DNA from: Macrostomum lignano
Lineage: Eukaryota
Direction of reading: 5' to 3'
Length of the DNA: 64,000 nt
NCBI GenBank assembly: GCA_002269645.1
Contig: NIVC01003006.1
Span: 1 to 64,000, forward strand
Shown: positions 26,760-37,989 of the stretch, one piece after another
How positions within the stretch are numbered: the stretch's first letter is position 1
How the letters are laid out: each line of letters opens with the position of its first letter
Position numbers and translations under genes: made by a program
The notes under the pieces: model-generated
Seen by the model: the letters and a program-made list of their open reading frames with translations, nothing else
Told to the model about the DNA's origin: nothing
The model's database searches: none

Positions 26760-29700
26760 TGCTTTGAATTCTGCTCAGCTCAAAACTGCAGTTGCTTTGA
26801 ATTCTGCTCAGCTCAAAACTGCAGTTGCTTTGAATTCTGCTCAGCTCAAAACTGCAGTTGCTTTGAATTCTGCTCAGCTCAAAACTGCAGTTGCTTTGAA
26901 TTCTGCTCAGCTCAAAACTGCAGTTGTTTTGAATTCTGCTCAGCTCAAAACTGCAGTTGTTTTGAATTCTGCTCAGCTCAAAACTGCAGTTGCTTTGAAT
27001 TCTGCTCAGCTCAAAACTGCAGTTGTTTTGAATTCTGCTCAGCTCAAAACTGCAGTTGCTTTGAATTCTGCTCAGCTCAAAACTGCAGTTGTTTTGAATT
27101 CTGCTCAGCTCAAAACTGCAGTTGTTTTGAATTCTGCTCAGCTCAAAACTGCAGTTGCTTTGAATTCTGCTCAGCTCAAAACTGCAGTTGTTTTGAATTC
27201 TGCTCAGCTCAAAACTGCAGTTGTTTTGAATTCTGCTCAGCTCAAAACTGCAGAGTTGTTTTGAGTTCTGCTCAGCTCAAAACTGCAGTTGTTTTGAGTT
27301 CTGCTCAGCTCAAAACTGCAGTTGTTTTGAGTTCTGCTCAGCTCAAAACTGCAGTTGCTTTTAGCACCGCTCAGCTCGAAAATGCAGTTGCTTTGAATTC
27401 TGCTCAGCTCAAAACTGCAGTTGTTTTGAACTCTGCTCAGCTCAAAACTACACTGTTTTGAATTCTGCTCAGCTCAAAACTGCAGTTGTTTTGAGTTCTG
27501 CTCAGCTCAAAACTGCAGTTGCTTTTAGCACCGCTCAGCTCAAAACTGCAGTTGCTTTGAATTCTGCTCAGCTCAAAACTGCAGTTGCTTTTAGCACCGC
27601 TCAGCTCAAAAATGCAGTTGTTTTGAATTCTGCTCAGCTCAAAACTGCAGTTGCTTTGAATTCTGCTCAGCTCAAAACTGCAGTTGTTTTGAACTCTGCT
27701 CAGCTCAAAACTACAGTTGTTTTGAATTCTGCTCAGCTCAAAACTGCAGTTGCTTTTAGCACCGCTCAGCTCAAAACTGCAGTTGTTTTGAATTCTGCTC
27801 AGCTCAAAACTGCAGAGTTGCTTTGAGCTCCGCTCAGCTCAAAACTGCAGTTGCTTTGAATTCTGCTCAGCTCAAAACTGCAGTTGTTTTGAATTCTGCT
27901 CAGCTCAAAACTGCAGAGTTGCTTTGAGCTCCGCTCAGCTCAAAACTGCAGTTGCTTTAAATTCTGCTCAGCTCAAAACTGCAGTTGTTTTGAATTCTGC
28001 TCAGCTCAAAACTGCAGAGTTGTTTTGAGTTCTGCTCAGCTCAAAACTGCAGTTGTTTTGAGTTCTGCTCAGCTCAAAACTGCAGTTGTTTTGAGTTCTG
28101 CTCAGCTCAAAACTGCAGTTGCTTTTAGCACCGCTCAGCTCGAAAATGCAGTTGCTTTGAATTCTGCTCAGCTCAAAACTGCAGTTGTTTTGAACTCTGC
28201 TCAGCTCAAAACTACACTGTTTTGAATTCTGCTCAGCTCAAAACTGCAGTTGTTTTGAGTTCTGCTCAGCTCAAAACTGCAGTTGCTTTTAGCACCGCTC
28301 AGCTCAAAACTGCAGTTGCTTTGAATTCTGCTCAGCTCAAAACTGCAGTTGTTTTGAACTCTGCTCAGCTCAAAACTGCAGTTGTTTTGAACTCTGCTCA
28401 GCTCAAAACTACACTGTTTTGAATTCTGCTCAGCTCAAAACTGCAGTTGCTTTTAGCACCGCTCAGCTCAAAAATGCAGTTGTTTTGAATTCTGCTCAGC
28501 TCAAAACTGCAGTTGCTTTGAATTCTGCTCAGCTCAAAACTGCAGTTGTTTTGAATTCTGCTCAGCTCAAAACTGCAGTTGCTTTGAATTCTGCTCAGCT
28601 CAAAACTGCAGTTGTTTTGAACTCTGCTCAGCTCAAAACTGCAGTTGTTTTGAGCTCTGCTCAGCTCAAAACTACACTGTTTTGAATTCTGCTCAGCTCA
28701 AAACTGCAGTTGCTTTTAGCACCGCTCAGCTCAAAAATGCAGTTGTTTTGAATTCTGCTCAGCTCAAAACTGCAGTTGTTTTGAACTCTGCTCAGCTCAA
28801 AACTACACTGTTTTGAATTCTGCTCAGCTCAAAACTGCAGTTGCTTTTAGCACCGCTCAGCTCAAAACTGCAGTTGTTTTGAATTCTGCTCAGCTCAAAA
28901 CTGCAGTTGCTTTGAATTCTGCTCAGCTCAAAACTGCAGTTGTTTTGAACTCTGCTCAGCTCAAAACTGCAGTTGTTTTGAACTCTGCTCAGCTCAAAAC
29001 TACACTGTTTTGAATTCTGCTCAGCTCAAAACTGCAGTTGCTTTTAGCACCGCTCAGCTCAAAAATGCAGTTGTTTTGAATTCTGCTCAGCTCAAAACTG
29101 CAGTTGCTTTGAATTCTGCTCAGCTCAAAACTGCAGTTGTTTTGAACTCTGCTCAGCTCAAAACTACAGTTGTTTTGAATTCTGCTCAGCTCAAAACTGC
29201 AGTTGCTTTTAGCACCGCTCAGCTCAAAACTGCAGTTGTTTTGAATTCTGCTCAGCTCAAAACTGCAGAGTTGCTTTGAGCTCCGCTCAGCTCAAAACTG
29301 CAGTTGCTTTGAATTCTGCTCAGCTCAAAACTGCAGTTGTTTTGAATTCTGCTCAGCTCAAAACTGCAGAGTTGCTTTGAGCTCCGCTCAGCTCAAAACT
29401 GCAGTTGCTTTAAATTCTGCTCAGCTCAAAACTGCAGTTGTTTTGAATTCTGCTCAGCTCAAAACTGCAGAGTTGTTTTGAGTTCTGCTCAGCTCAAAAC
29501 TGCAGTTGTTTTGAGTTCTGCTCAGCTCAAAACTGCAGTTGTTTTGAGTTCTGCTCAGCTCAAAACTGCAGTTGCTTTTAGCACCGCTCAGCTCAAAAAT
29601 GCAGTTGCTTTGAATTCTGCTCAGCTCAAAACTGCAGTTGTTTTGAACTCTGCTCAGCTCAAAACTACACTGTTTTGAATTCTGCTCAGCTCAAAACTGC

Positions 29701-30042
29701 AGTTGTTTTGAGTTCTGCTCAGCTCAAAACTGCAGTTGCTTTTAGCACCGCTCAGCTCAAAACTGCAGTTGCTTTGAAAACTGCTCAGCTCAAAACTGCA
29801 GTTGTTTTGAACTCTGCTCAGCTCAAAACTGCAGTTGTTTTGAACTCTGCTCAGCTCAAAACTACACTGTTTTGAATTCTGCTCAGCTCAAAACTGCAGT
29901 TGCTTTTAGCACCGCTCAGCTCAAAAATGCAGTTGTTTTGAATTCTGCTCAGCTCAAAACTGCAGTTGCTTTTAGCACCGCTCAGCTCAAAACTGCAGTT
30001 GCTTTGAATTCTGCTCAGCTCAAAACTGCAGTTGCTTTGAAT
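26760..30042. repeat. 3.3-kb tandem array of a 33-bp unit (TTGAATTCTGCTCAGCTCAAAACTGCAGTTG(C/T)T) with higher-order repeats
   Basis: About 100 units with 32- and 35-bp variants. ORF-track landmarks recur at a 1453-bp offset (28025/29478, 28222/29675, 28419/29872). Confidence 0.95.
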
Positions 30043-30453
30043 TCGAAATCCATATTTATACATCTCTGAGTTAATGCAGATAAAAATACTGTTTGAAGAG
30101 GGATGCAACGAAAGATGTAATCAGATAGAGAATAAGAACTGCGGTAGAAAAGATGATTAGCTGGGGACCAGCAGCAAGAAAGAGATAAAATTGCGGGCTG
30201 CCATGCACGGCGGGGATGAGAAGGGAAAAGATGAGCAATCGATGGACGTAGCGGGAATGACTGCGGTTTTTCTGAATCCCCAAAGACGACACTTGATACA
30301 GCTGTCTACGCAGCTGACGTGTTGTTTTTTATCGAAATTCGATAGATCACACAACGTGCTTCATCAGAGTAATTTTGTGTGTATACTGTATGCCTTCAAG
30401 CTACTGGGAAGTTGCCTTGTTAGTCTTTTAAAATTATATGAATTTTCTTACAA

Positions 30454-31691
30454 TTGGGTTGTAACAAAAGTTTCGAGCGTTTTTGTACTCAAACCTTGAA
30501 CTCATTTTCCAGTTCCATCAGAGTTTCTATTCCAGGATATAATCACCATCCTGATCGATGACCTGTTGCCATCTGGCGATGAGATTGTGGATGCCCTTCT
30601 TAAAGAATTCAGGTGGCAGCGACTTGAAGTATTGCTTAAGCCAGGCTTTCACCTCCTCGTCTTTTAACGTCACACCATTTGTGGTTCTGCATTGGGCAGA
30701 ACAGGTGGTAGTCTGATGGCGCAAGATCAGGCGAGTATGGAGGGTAGGGCATGACTTCCCAGCCCAGCTCGAGCAGCTTCTGTAGTAGTGTCTTCTTCGC
30801 CACGTGAGGTCGGGCGTTGTCTTGAAGAAATCGAATTTTTGCGCCAGCGCCCTGCTGCTTGGCAATAGCCTGGTGCAGTCTATCCAGCTGCTCACAGTAG
30901 ACATCGGCAGTGATGCTGGTGTTACGAGGCAGAAGCTCCCAGTGGAAAATTCTACTGGGATTCCACCAGACCACAGCATGACCTTCTTTTGGTGTGGATC
31001 AGGTCTGCGCATTGGCTGTGGCTGATCACCCATGCCAAGCCACTGGCGCTTGCGTGTGATGTTGAAGTAGGCCACCCACTTCTCATCGCCAGTCACCAGG
31101 GTATCGAGCCATTCTGGGTTGCGACGATAGGACAGGAGTTGGGTGCATGTGATGATGCGCTAATCTTTGTTCTCAGGTGAAAGTTCGTGTGGAACCCATC
31201 GACCAAGCTTGTGTACTTTGCCGATCTGATGAAGGCCGCGGTCTATAATCATGGCAGAGACCTTGAAGTACTGTGCCATTTCACGTGTTGTGAGATGTGG
31301 CTCACCTTCGACAAGCAGGGCAAGCTGCTGAATATCGAGCTCAGGTGGGCGACCTTGTCTTGTCTTCGAGTGATTCGTCACCCTTCTTGAACAGCGCGAA
31401 CCAGGCAAGGCAGCGTTGCTCACTCAGACAGTTCTCGCCATACGCCTGACAAAACTTGCGATGCGCCTCAGCTGCTGAGTCGCCCAGCTTGAAGCAGAAA
31501 AGTAAAGATGCTCGAATGAGGTGACGTTGATTGTGTTGTTGCGTAGCCATTGTAGTTGAAGGTTGAGCATAATCCATATGGATAGTAGTGCGCACTGGTC
31601 ACTCTTATATACCCACATAGAACATTCCAGAAATTTCTCTGGAGAAAGTTCTAGAAGTTTAAAGAAAACGCTCAAAACCTTTGTTACAACC
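30454..31691 (-). mobile_element. Mariner (Tc1/mariner, DDD) DNA transposon, decayed
   Basis: TIRs TTGGGTTGTAACAAAAGTTTCGAGCGTTTT (30454-30483) and AAAACGCTCAAAACCTTTGTTACAACC (31665-31691; 2 mismatches, terminal nt missing); encloses a transposase. Confidence 0.92.
30527..31550 (-). pseudogene. Mariner transposase with frameshifts and an in-frame stop
   Basis: MATQQHNQRHLIRASLLFCFKLG...GRP...WVPHELS...VTGDEKW...KKVML-VWW...FLQDNARPH...YSPDLAPSDYHLF...GIHNLIARWQQVIDQDGDYILE; spread over four ORFs. Confidence 0.9.
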
Positions 31692-31696
31692 GGACC

Positions 31697-31955
31697 GGAG
31701 TTAGAGCGTCGGACTCACGACTTGAAGGTCGGTGGTTCGATTCTTGATTCACTCGGAACAATTTCTGCCCTTGAGCAAGACACTTAACTCTGCATTGCTT
31801 CAGTTCACCCAGCTGTAAAATGGGTGCCAGCATTAGCTGGGATAATTGATGGTGTGCGTGGCAACCTCCCAGTCCTTAGACTGAACAGCCGTACGCAGCC
31901 TTTGGATGCGCCGCGCAATAGCTGCGGCTGAGCTGTCGCTTAAAGAGAATTACAC
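31697..31955 (+). mobile_element. tRNA-derived CORE-like SINE, copy 1 (head truncated)
   Basis: GTTAGAGCGTCGGACT...GGTTCGATTC (B box), then CCTTGAGCAAGACACTTAACTC...CAGCTGTAAAATGGG resembling the CORE domain. Homologous to 33968-34210. Confidence 0.75.
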
Positions 31956-32214
31956 AATGTTAAGAACCAAAACTCTGCTCTCGTCTGATTCCAATAAATT
32001 TTATTGAGAAGTCTAAAAAGCATGAACAGAAATCCGCATATTAATTTGTCATTTCTCATATAAGAAAGTCGGACTGTAAAATCATTGAAGCATTATCTAT
32101 CACCAATTATAACTATTACGAAGTAATTATAACTAATAAAATATCTACAATAAGCAAACAAATTTCATTATTGAAAGCATACGGCTTTATATTGAGTGTC
32201 AAAGTAGTCTACTT

Positions 32215-32830
32215 AACTCGTAAGTGTCAGATGAGCCAAATTAAGTGTCAGATGAGCCAAATTGAGTGTCAGATGAACTAAATTGAGTGTCAGATGAGCT
32301 AAATTGAGTGTCAGGATAGCCAAATTAAGTGTCAGATGAGCCAAATTGAGTGTCAGATGAGCCAAATTGAGTGTCAGATGAGCCAAATTGAGTGTCAGAT
32401 AAGCCAAATTGAGTGTCAGATAAGCCAAATTGAGTGTCAGATGAACCAAATTGAGAGTCAGATGAGCCAAATTTAGAATCAGATGAGCCAAATTTAGAAT
32501 CAGATGAGCCAAATTTAGAATCAGATGAGCCAAATTTAGAATCATATGAGCCAAATTAAGAATCAGATGAGCCAAATTTAGAATCAGATAAGCCAAATTT
32601 AGAATCAGATGAGCCAAATTTAGAATCAGATAAGCCAAATTTAGAATCAGATGAGCCAAATTGAGTGTCAGGATAGCCAAATTAAGTGTCAGATGAGCTA
32701 AATTGAGTGTCAGGATACCCAAAATAAGTGTCAGATGAGCCAAATTGAGGGTCAGATGAACAAATTTGACGGTTAGATGAGCCAAATTGAGTGTCAGATG
32801 AGTCAAATTGAGAGTCAAATGAGCCAAGAT
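32215..32830. repeat. 21-bp minisatellite (GAGTGTCAGATGAGCCAAATT)
   Basis: Tandem units downstream of the putative ALG1 polyA signal (about 32888-32893, minus strand). Confidence 0.9.
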
Positions 32831-32967
32831 GAGTGCCCCACCTGACATAGCCCAATAAAACCGCAGGAAGTTCAATGCACAGAAAGTTTATTAAAATAAC
32901 AGACTACTGACAGTAGAATAAAAGGAATATCAGGCTTGCTCCGCCAGCTGATAAAATGCAGCAGCGG

Positions 32968-33463
32968 CTATCGGAGGGCCCGCACCACCGGCCGTACAAT
33001 CCTACGCCAGGCTTTCACAAAATTGTCGCCCCTAAACGCGTCCCTAGCACCGCGACGCAGCCGTTTCAATTCGTCGACAGAAGACGCCTCGGCCGGTCTC
33101 AGCAGCTTGGCCAGCTGCTCGGCCAGCTGTTCGCCGCTGTCAAACAGCAGCCCGTTGACGCCGTGACGAACCAGTTCGCCAATAGCCGGGAAGCGTAGCG
33201 CGCAGACTGGCAGGCCGCAGCCGAACATGTCCACCACCTTCATTGGCAGGTCCAGGCCGGAGCTGCTCGCGTGCAGGCTGACGCCAAGATCGGCCGCGGC
33301 CAGCAGTGCGGGATAGTCGGCTGGCTCCAGCCAGGCGGACACCAGGCGGACTGAGCGCCAGGGCCCGGCCCGGGACAGGTAATAATCGCGCATCGGACCG
33401 CGCCCGGTGACCACGCAGAGTAGGTCGGGCAGCGACTGGTCCGACTCGGCCTTGGAATCGTAT
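32968..33463 (-). CDS. ALG1: ALG1 chitobiosyldiphosphodolichol beta-mannosyltransferase, last exon
   Basis: LPDLLCVVTGRGPMRDYY...SAWLEPADYPALLAAADLGVSLHASSSGLDLPMKVVDMFGCGLPVCALRFPAIGELVRHGVNGLLF. Acceptor GGCAG, phase 2. Confidence 0.95.
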
Positions 33464-33609
33464 CTGCCGGCCAAGGGGGACAGCAGCACTAGTCAGGGAG
33501 AGTACTACTATTACTTTAGTAACTGTACTATTGACTAGCAATAAAATAATAGATGCGGTACCAGCATGAATACTGTTAGTAGAATAGTATAGTAACAAGA
33601 AGCAAGCAT

Positions 33610-33965
33610 AGTGAGGGGTTGTGGCCTAGTGAGGGGTTGTGGCCTAGTGAGGGGTTGTGGCCTAGTGAGGGGTTGTGGCCTAGTGAGGGTTGTGGCCTAG
33701 TGAGGGGTTGTGGCCTAGTGAGGGTTGTGGCCTAGTGAGGGGTTGTGGCCTAGTGAGGGTTGTGGCCTAGTGAGGGGTTGTGGCCTAGTGAGGGTTGTGG
33801 CCTAGTGAGGGGTTGTGGCTTAGTGAGGGTTGTGGCCTAGTGAGGGGTTGTGGCCTAGTGAGGGTTGTGGCCTAGTGAGGGTTGTGGCCTAGTGAGGGTT
33901 GTGGCCTAGTGAGGGTTGTGGCCTAGTGAGGGTTGTGGTCTAGTGAGGGGTTGTGGCCTAGTGAG
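33610..33965. repeat. 19-20-bp minisatellite (GAGGGGTTGTGGCCTAGT), apparently an amplified SINE head
   Basis: About 18 units running directly into CORE-like SINE copy 2. Confidence 0.9.
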
Positions 33966-33967
33966 TG

Positions 33968-34210
33968 ATAGTAGCGGTTAGAGCGTCGGACTAACGACTT
34001 GAAGGTCGGGGGTTCGATTCCCGATCCACTAGGAACAATTTGTGTCCTTGAGCCAGACACTCAACTCTGCATTGCTTCAGTTCACCCAGCTGTAAAATGG
34101 GTGCCAGCATTAGCTGGGGTAATTGGTGGGGTAAGTGTGGCGACCCCCCCCGTCCTTGGTCCCCCCAGCCTTCAGATGCGCCGCGCAATAGCTGCGGTTA
34201 AGCTGTCTGT
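33968..34210 (+). mobile_element. tRNA-derived CORE-like SINE, copy 2
   Basis: GGTTAGAGCGTCGGACT...GGTTCGATTCC...GTGTCCTTGAGCCAGACACTCAACTC...CAGCTGTAAAATGGGTGCC; lies in an ALG1 intron. Confidence 0.75.
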
Positions 34211-34267
34211 TGCGCATCTGGCCTCTAGGACAGGCGTCACCTAGGCGGCAGGGCAGCAGCACCTCAC

Positions 34268-34657
34268 CTATCCAAAGCCTCCATCAGCGGAGCGAAGTCT
34301 TCGTCAAGAGTCCAGCTGGTGCTGGAGACCAGCAGAGCTGGCCGCTCGCCAATCGGCAGGTAGCGGGCGACGCCGTCAACGCCCAGCCGAGTCAGCGGCG
34401 TCTCCGCCAGCTGCGGCACGGGGCCGCCAGGAGCTCCCAGCCGGTCGAATAGGCGATGCGCCGCGGTGGCGTCCGGATTGTCGCTGGCGCGCACGGCGAA
34501 GTCCGGGCTGGGCCTGTCGTGGAAGGCCACGGCGTCGATGCCCCAGCTTTTGCGCAGGTCGCGGCGCATCGCCTCGGTGACGCACAGGTGAGTGTCCGAG
34601 CGGAGAAATCTTGAGGCGAACCCGAGCTCGAGGCTGCGGTAGATTGATCTGCCGGCT
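34268..34657 (-). CDS. ALG1: ALG1 internal exon
   Basis: RAGRSIYRSLELGFASRFLRSDTHLCVTEAMRRDL...FHDRP...RPALLVSSTSWTLDEDFAPLMEALD. Acceptor CGTGCAG, donor AG|GTGAGG. Confidence 0.93.
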
Positions 34658-34729
34658 CTGCACGAAGGGACAAATGGACACGTAAGCGCATAAGCACTGG
34701 GTTTAGGATTTGGACTAGGTACTTGGGGA

Positions 34730-35315
34730 TTTGGATCTGCAGATTGAGATTTTGATCGGTAGACTGGGATTTGGATCTGTAGATTGGGATTTGGATCTGT
34801 AGATTGGGATTTTGATCTGTAGATTGGGATTTTTATCTGTAGATGGGATTTGGATCTGTAGATTGGGATTTTGATCTGTAGATTGGGATTTGGATCGGTA
34901 GATTGGGATTTGGATCTGTAGATTGGGATTTTGATCTGTAGATTAGGATTTTGATCTGTAGATTGGGATTTGGATCGGTAGATTGGGATTTGGATCTGTA
35001 GATTGGGATTTGGATCTGTAGATTGGGATTTGGATCTGTAGATTGGGATTTGGATCTGTAGATTGGGATTTGGATCGGTAGACTGGGATTTGGATCTGTA
35101 GACTGGGATTCGAATCTGGTGATTGGGATTTGGATCTTGTGTTTGGGATTCGAATCTGGTGATTGGGACTTGGATCTGATGGTTGGGATTTGGATCTGAT
35201 GGTTGGGACTTGGATCTGATGGTTGGGATTTGGATCTGATGGTTGGGACTTGGATCTGATGGTTGGGATTTGGATCTGATGGTTGGGACTTGGATCTGAT
35301 GTTTGGGACTTGGAT
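34730..35315. repeat. 21-bp minisatellite (GATTGGGATTTGGATCTGTA-type)
   Basis: Tandem units in an ALG1 intron. Confidence 0.9.
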
Positions 35316-35559
35316 CCCAAACAACCTATGAATTTTTGCACCTGCTCATTAGTATCAAATTAAATTTATAGATCCGAGTTTATGACTTGAAGAAACTTTA
35401 TCGTCAAAACATTCAGCTATTCTTACTCATTAATTGCTCAAAATTTTGCAAACTCGAAATAGTGACATATTAAGATTGCAAAAATGTTCGAAATTTTTCG
35501 TTCGGAAAATTTGAGCTTGTAGTACGTCTCCAACTAATAAAATTTCGAACTTGTTTGTG

Positions 35560-36050
35560 AAGCTTCGAGTTTTTAAAGTTTCGAGCTTGTGAAACTTCAA
35601 GTTTGTGAAGCTTTGAGCTTGTGTGAAGTTTCGAGCTTTTGAAGCTTTGAGTTTGTGAAGCTTTGAGCTTGTGAGGCTGCGAGCTTGTAAAGCTTCGAGC
35701 TTGTGTGAAGAAAAGCTTCGAGCTTGTGAAGCTTCGACCTTGTGAAGTTTCGAGCTTGTGAAGCTTCGAGTTTGTGAAGATTCGAGCTTGTGAAGCTTTG
35801 AGCTTAGTAAAGTTTCGAGCTTGTGAAGATTCGAGTTTATGAGGCTTCGAGCTTGTGAAGATTCGAGTTTATGAGGCTTCGAGCTTGTGAAGCTTCGAGC
35901 TTGTGAGGCTTCGAGCTTGTGAAGTTTCGAGTCTGTGAGGCTTCGAGCTTGTGAAACTTCGAGTCTGTGAGGCTTCGAGCTTGTGAAGTTCCGAGTCTGT
36001 GAGGCTTCGAGCTTGTGAAGCTTCGAGCTTGTGAAGCTTCGAGTCTGTGA
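35560..36050. repeat. 16-bp minisatellite (GAAGCTTCGAGCTTGT)
   Basis: Tandem units in an ALG1 intron. Confidence 0.9.
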
Positions 36051-36084
36051 ATGTTTGGACCCAGTAACAGCATAAACTGCATAC

Positions 36085-36491
36085 CTGGCCAGAGTCCATC
36101 CATAGTTGTGCCAATCAACAATAAGCCGACGCCGACCCAGCCGGCAGATGGCCCAGGCCACAAGCAGGGCGGGCACAGCTGGCGGCGACTGCACCAGCAG
36201 CAGGTCGGAGCGCGGGCGCGCCAACAGGCTGCAGCACAGCAGCACCAGCAGAGCCAGAAGCTTCAACGGCTGAGCTAGAACTGTTGGCAGACGATCAAGC
36301 CAAGCGGGAGCCTGCCGGATGTGCTCAACCTTAATCAGCCGGTGATTGGCCACAGCGGAGCGGCATGGAGAACCAGAATAACCTAGCAGGGTCACGTGAT
36401 AGCCAGACTCGGCAAAGCTCAATGCGTGCAACTGCATTCTGGGACTGCGACCCGCATCGCCCAGCACTAAGAGTTGAACTGTGGTGGCCAC
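36085..36491 (-). CDS. ALG1: ALG1 first recognisable exon (no in-frame ATG before the N-terminal motif)
   Basis: VATTVQLLVLGDAGRSPRMQLHALS...GY...LLVQSPPAVP...LIVDWHNYGWTLA, matching ALG1 VLGDxGRSPRM and DWHNYG motifs. Acceptor CTTCAG at 36492-36493, donor GTATGC. Confidence 0.93.
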
Positions 36492-36585
36492 CTGAAGCAG
36501 AGCAGATGGGTCATTCTAGATAATTATGCTTACGTTTGTATTTATAGCATAGTATTTACCACACGGACTACTCAAACGCCGGGAT

Positions 36586-36737
36586 GGGAAACTAGGAATT
36601 TTTTATGAGGCTGGTCTTTTAGCAGCTGACGAGGCTGGCTGGCTTATTTTCATTAGAGCGATGCTGCGATACTTTGTTGTCTATGGTTTTTTCTACTGCT
36701 GCTAAAAGACCCGCCTTGTAAAAAATTCCCAGTTTCC
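36586..36737. mobile_element. 152-bp MITE-like inverted-repeat element
   Basis: About 41-bp imperfect inverted repeats: GGGAAACTAGGAATTTTTTATGAGGCTGGTCTTTTAGCAGC and GCTGCTAAAAGACCCGCCTTGTAAAAAATTCCCAGTTTCCC. Confidence 0.6.
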
Positions 36738-37989
36738 CAAATATCAGCACAAACACGCCCAAGGGTCACTTTCTAAAGCATGAGGGCAATATTATTATCA
36801 AAGGGCCATATATAGACTAGAGAGGTTGTAGTCCAATAGATAACCTATCCTATAGAAGAGGTCAATTGATAAAAATTTTATGCTAATACTAAGATGTGCT
36901 CTCAAGTTGAACTCCCATCAAAACCAAAGGAAACTATTTTTTTGATAAAACTAAATAAGCAAATTTTGCTAAAAGTCTTTCTTTTTTGTTAGAATCACAG
37001 ATAAATTGGTTTTAAGTGAAATACAAAATGAGAAGATGAATAGTCTAAACCAAAAGTAGAAAATCAAAGGGGAGAGATGTCATTTACCAAGACAAAAGGG
37101 GAAATTTCCAATTTATTAGATAGCCTAAAACTGGATCATCCACTAATGGGAAGTCATTTTAGCAGAAAAGGCAATATTTTCCACCTGCTGCATCTTTGGA
37201 TCACCTTGCAGCTAGGCCTAAGTCAATGGGAAATCATAATTAGACAAAAACCAATCTGGATATTAGAAAGAGAAATCATTGGGCAATAAAAAACTATTCT
37301 AATACAACTTGGTAGCAACATTAGGAATTTCTTAATGAGAAGAAATGTATCACAACTTGATAGCAAAGGTGGGATTATTTATGAAATATAAACCTTCTTT
37401 ATAACATTGAAAAATAAATAATAAATGCTAAACAAACTTGGCTAAGGTCTAAGGGAGCTATATTATACCATGCACTAAGTGCCATATACACTACATTTTT
37501 AGGCCCAGGAATCTCTGCTAGCTCATCCATTACCTAAAGGCTATCCGGCGAGCGACTATCTACCTCCTGGATTTTCTGGAGGGAGACTGCACTATAGACA
37601 CTGGCACCATTGGAACTCCCTGCACCACACTGTAGCACTAGCTGCTTGTGGTTGCTAAGGGTTAGCAAAATGGGTGGCAACATCTCCTCACTGTTTCTAG
37701 ATATATGGAGCCCCCTATAGCAAAGTTAAGTAAGTCAAATGCTATATTAAATAAGCACTATATACTAAGTGATATATGAATATCTAACTATATATTAAAA
37801 TTATTATACAATAAAACTAAATATAGTATACACTAAATATTGCATCATAGAAAATACATTATTTAGCTAGCAATCCTATGCCTACCCTAGGCCTAGTTAA
37901 GCCCATAGCTAAATAAGCTCATCATCATCTAGTTAGCTATAGTTTTTATTTGAGTTTGGCCAATATTTATAATAATATAGTTATATAAA

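Noticed and set aside
26703-30069. CRISPR-like array or Cys-rich repeat protein (FEFCSAQNCSC / NSAQLKTAV ORFs)
   Set aside because: Palindromic 33-bp units are head-to-tail with no unique spacers and no cas genes, in a eukaryotic context; the ORFs are translations of the satellite.
30720-30830. Novel DD35D mariner subfamily
   Set aside because: Spacing is 35, but the extra residue coincides with a CTA CTA duplication in a decayed copy; most likely a copy-specific mutation of DD34D.
32213-32875. LRR- or leucine-zipper-like ORF (LNLAHLT repeats)
   Set aside because: A 21-bp minisatellite read in frame, with a non-ATG start, downstream of the ALG1 polyA signal.
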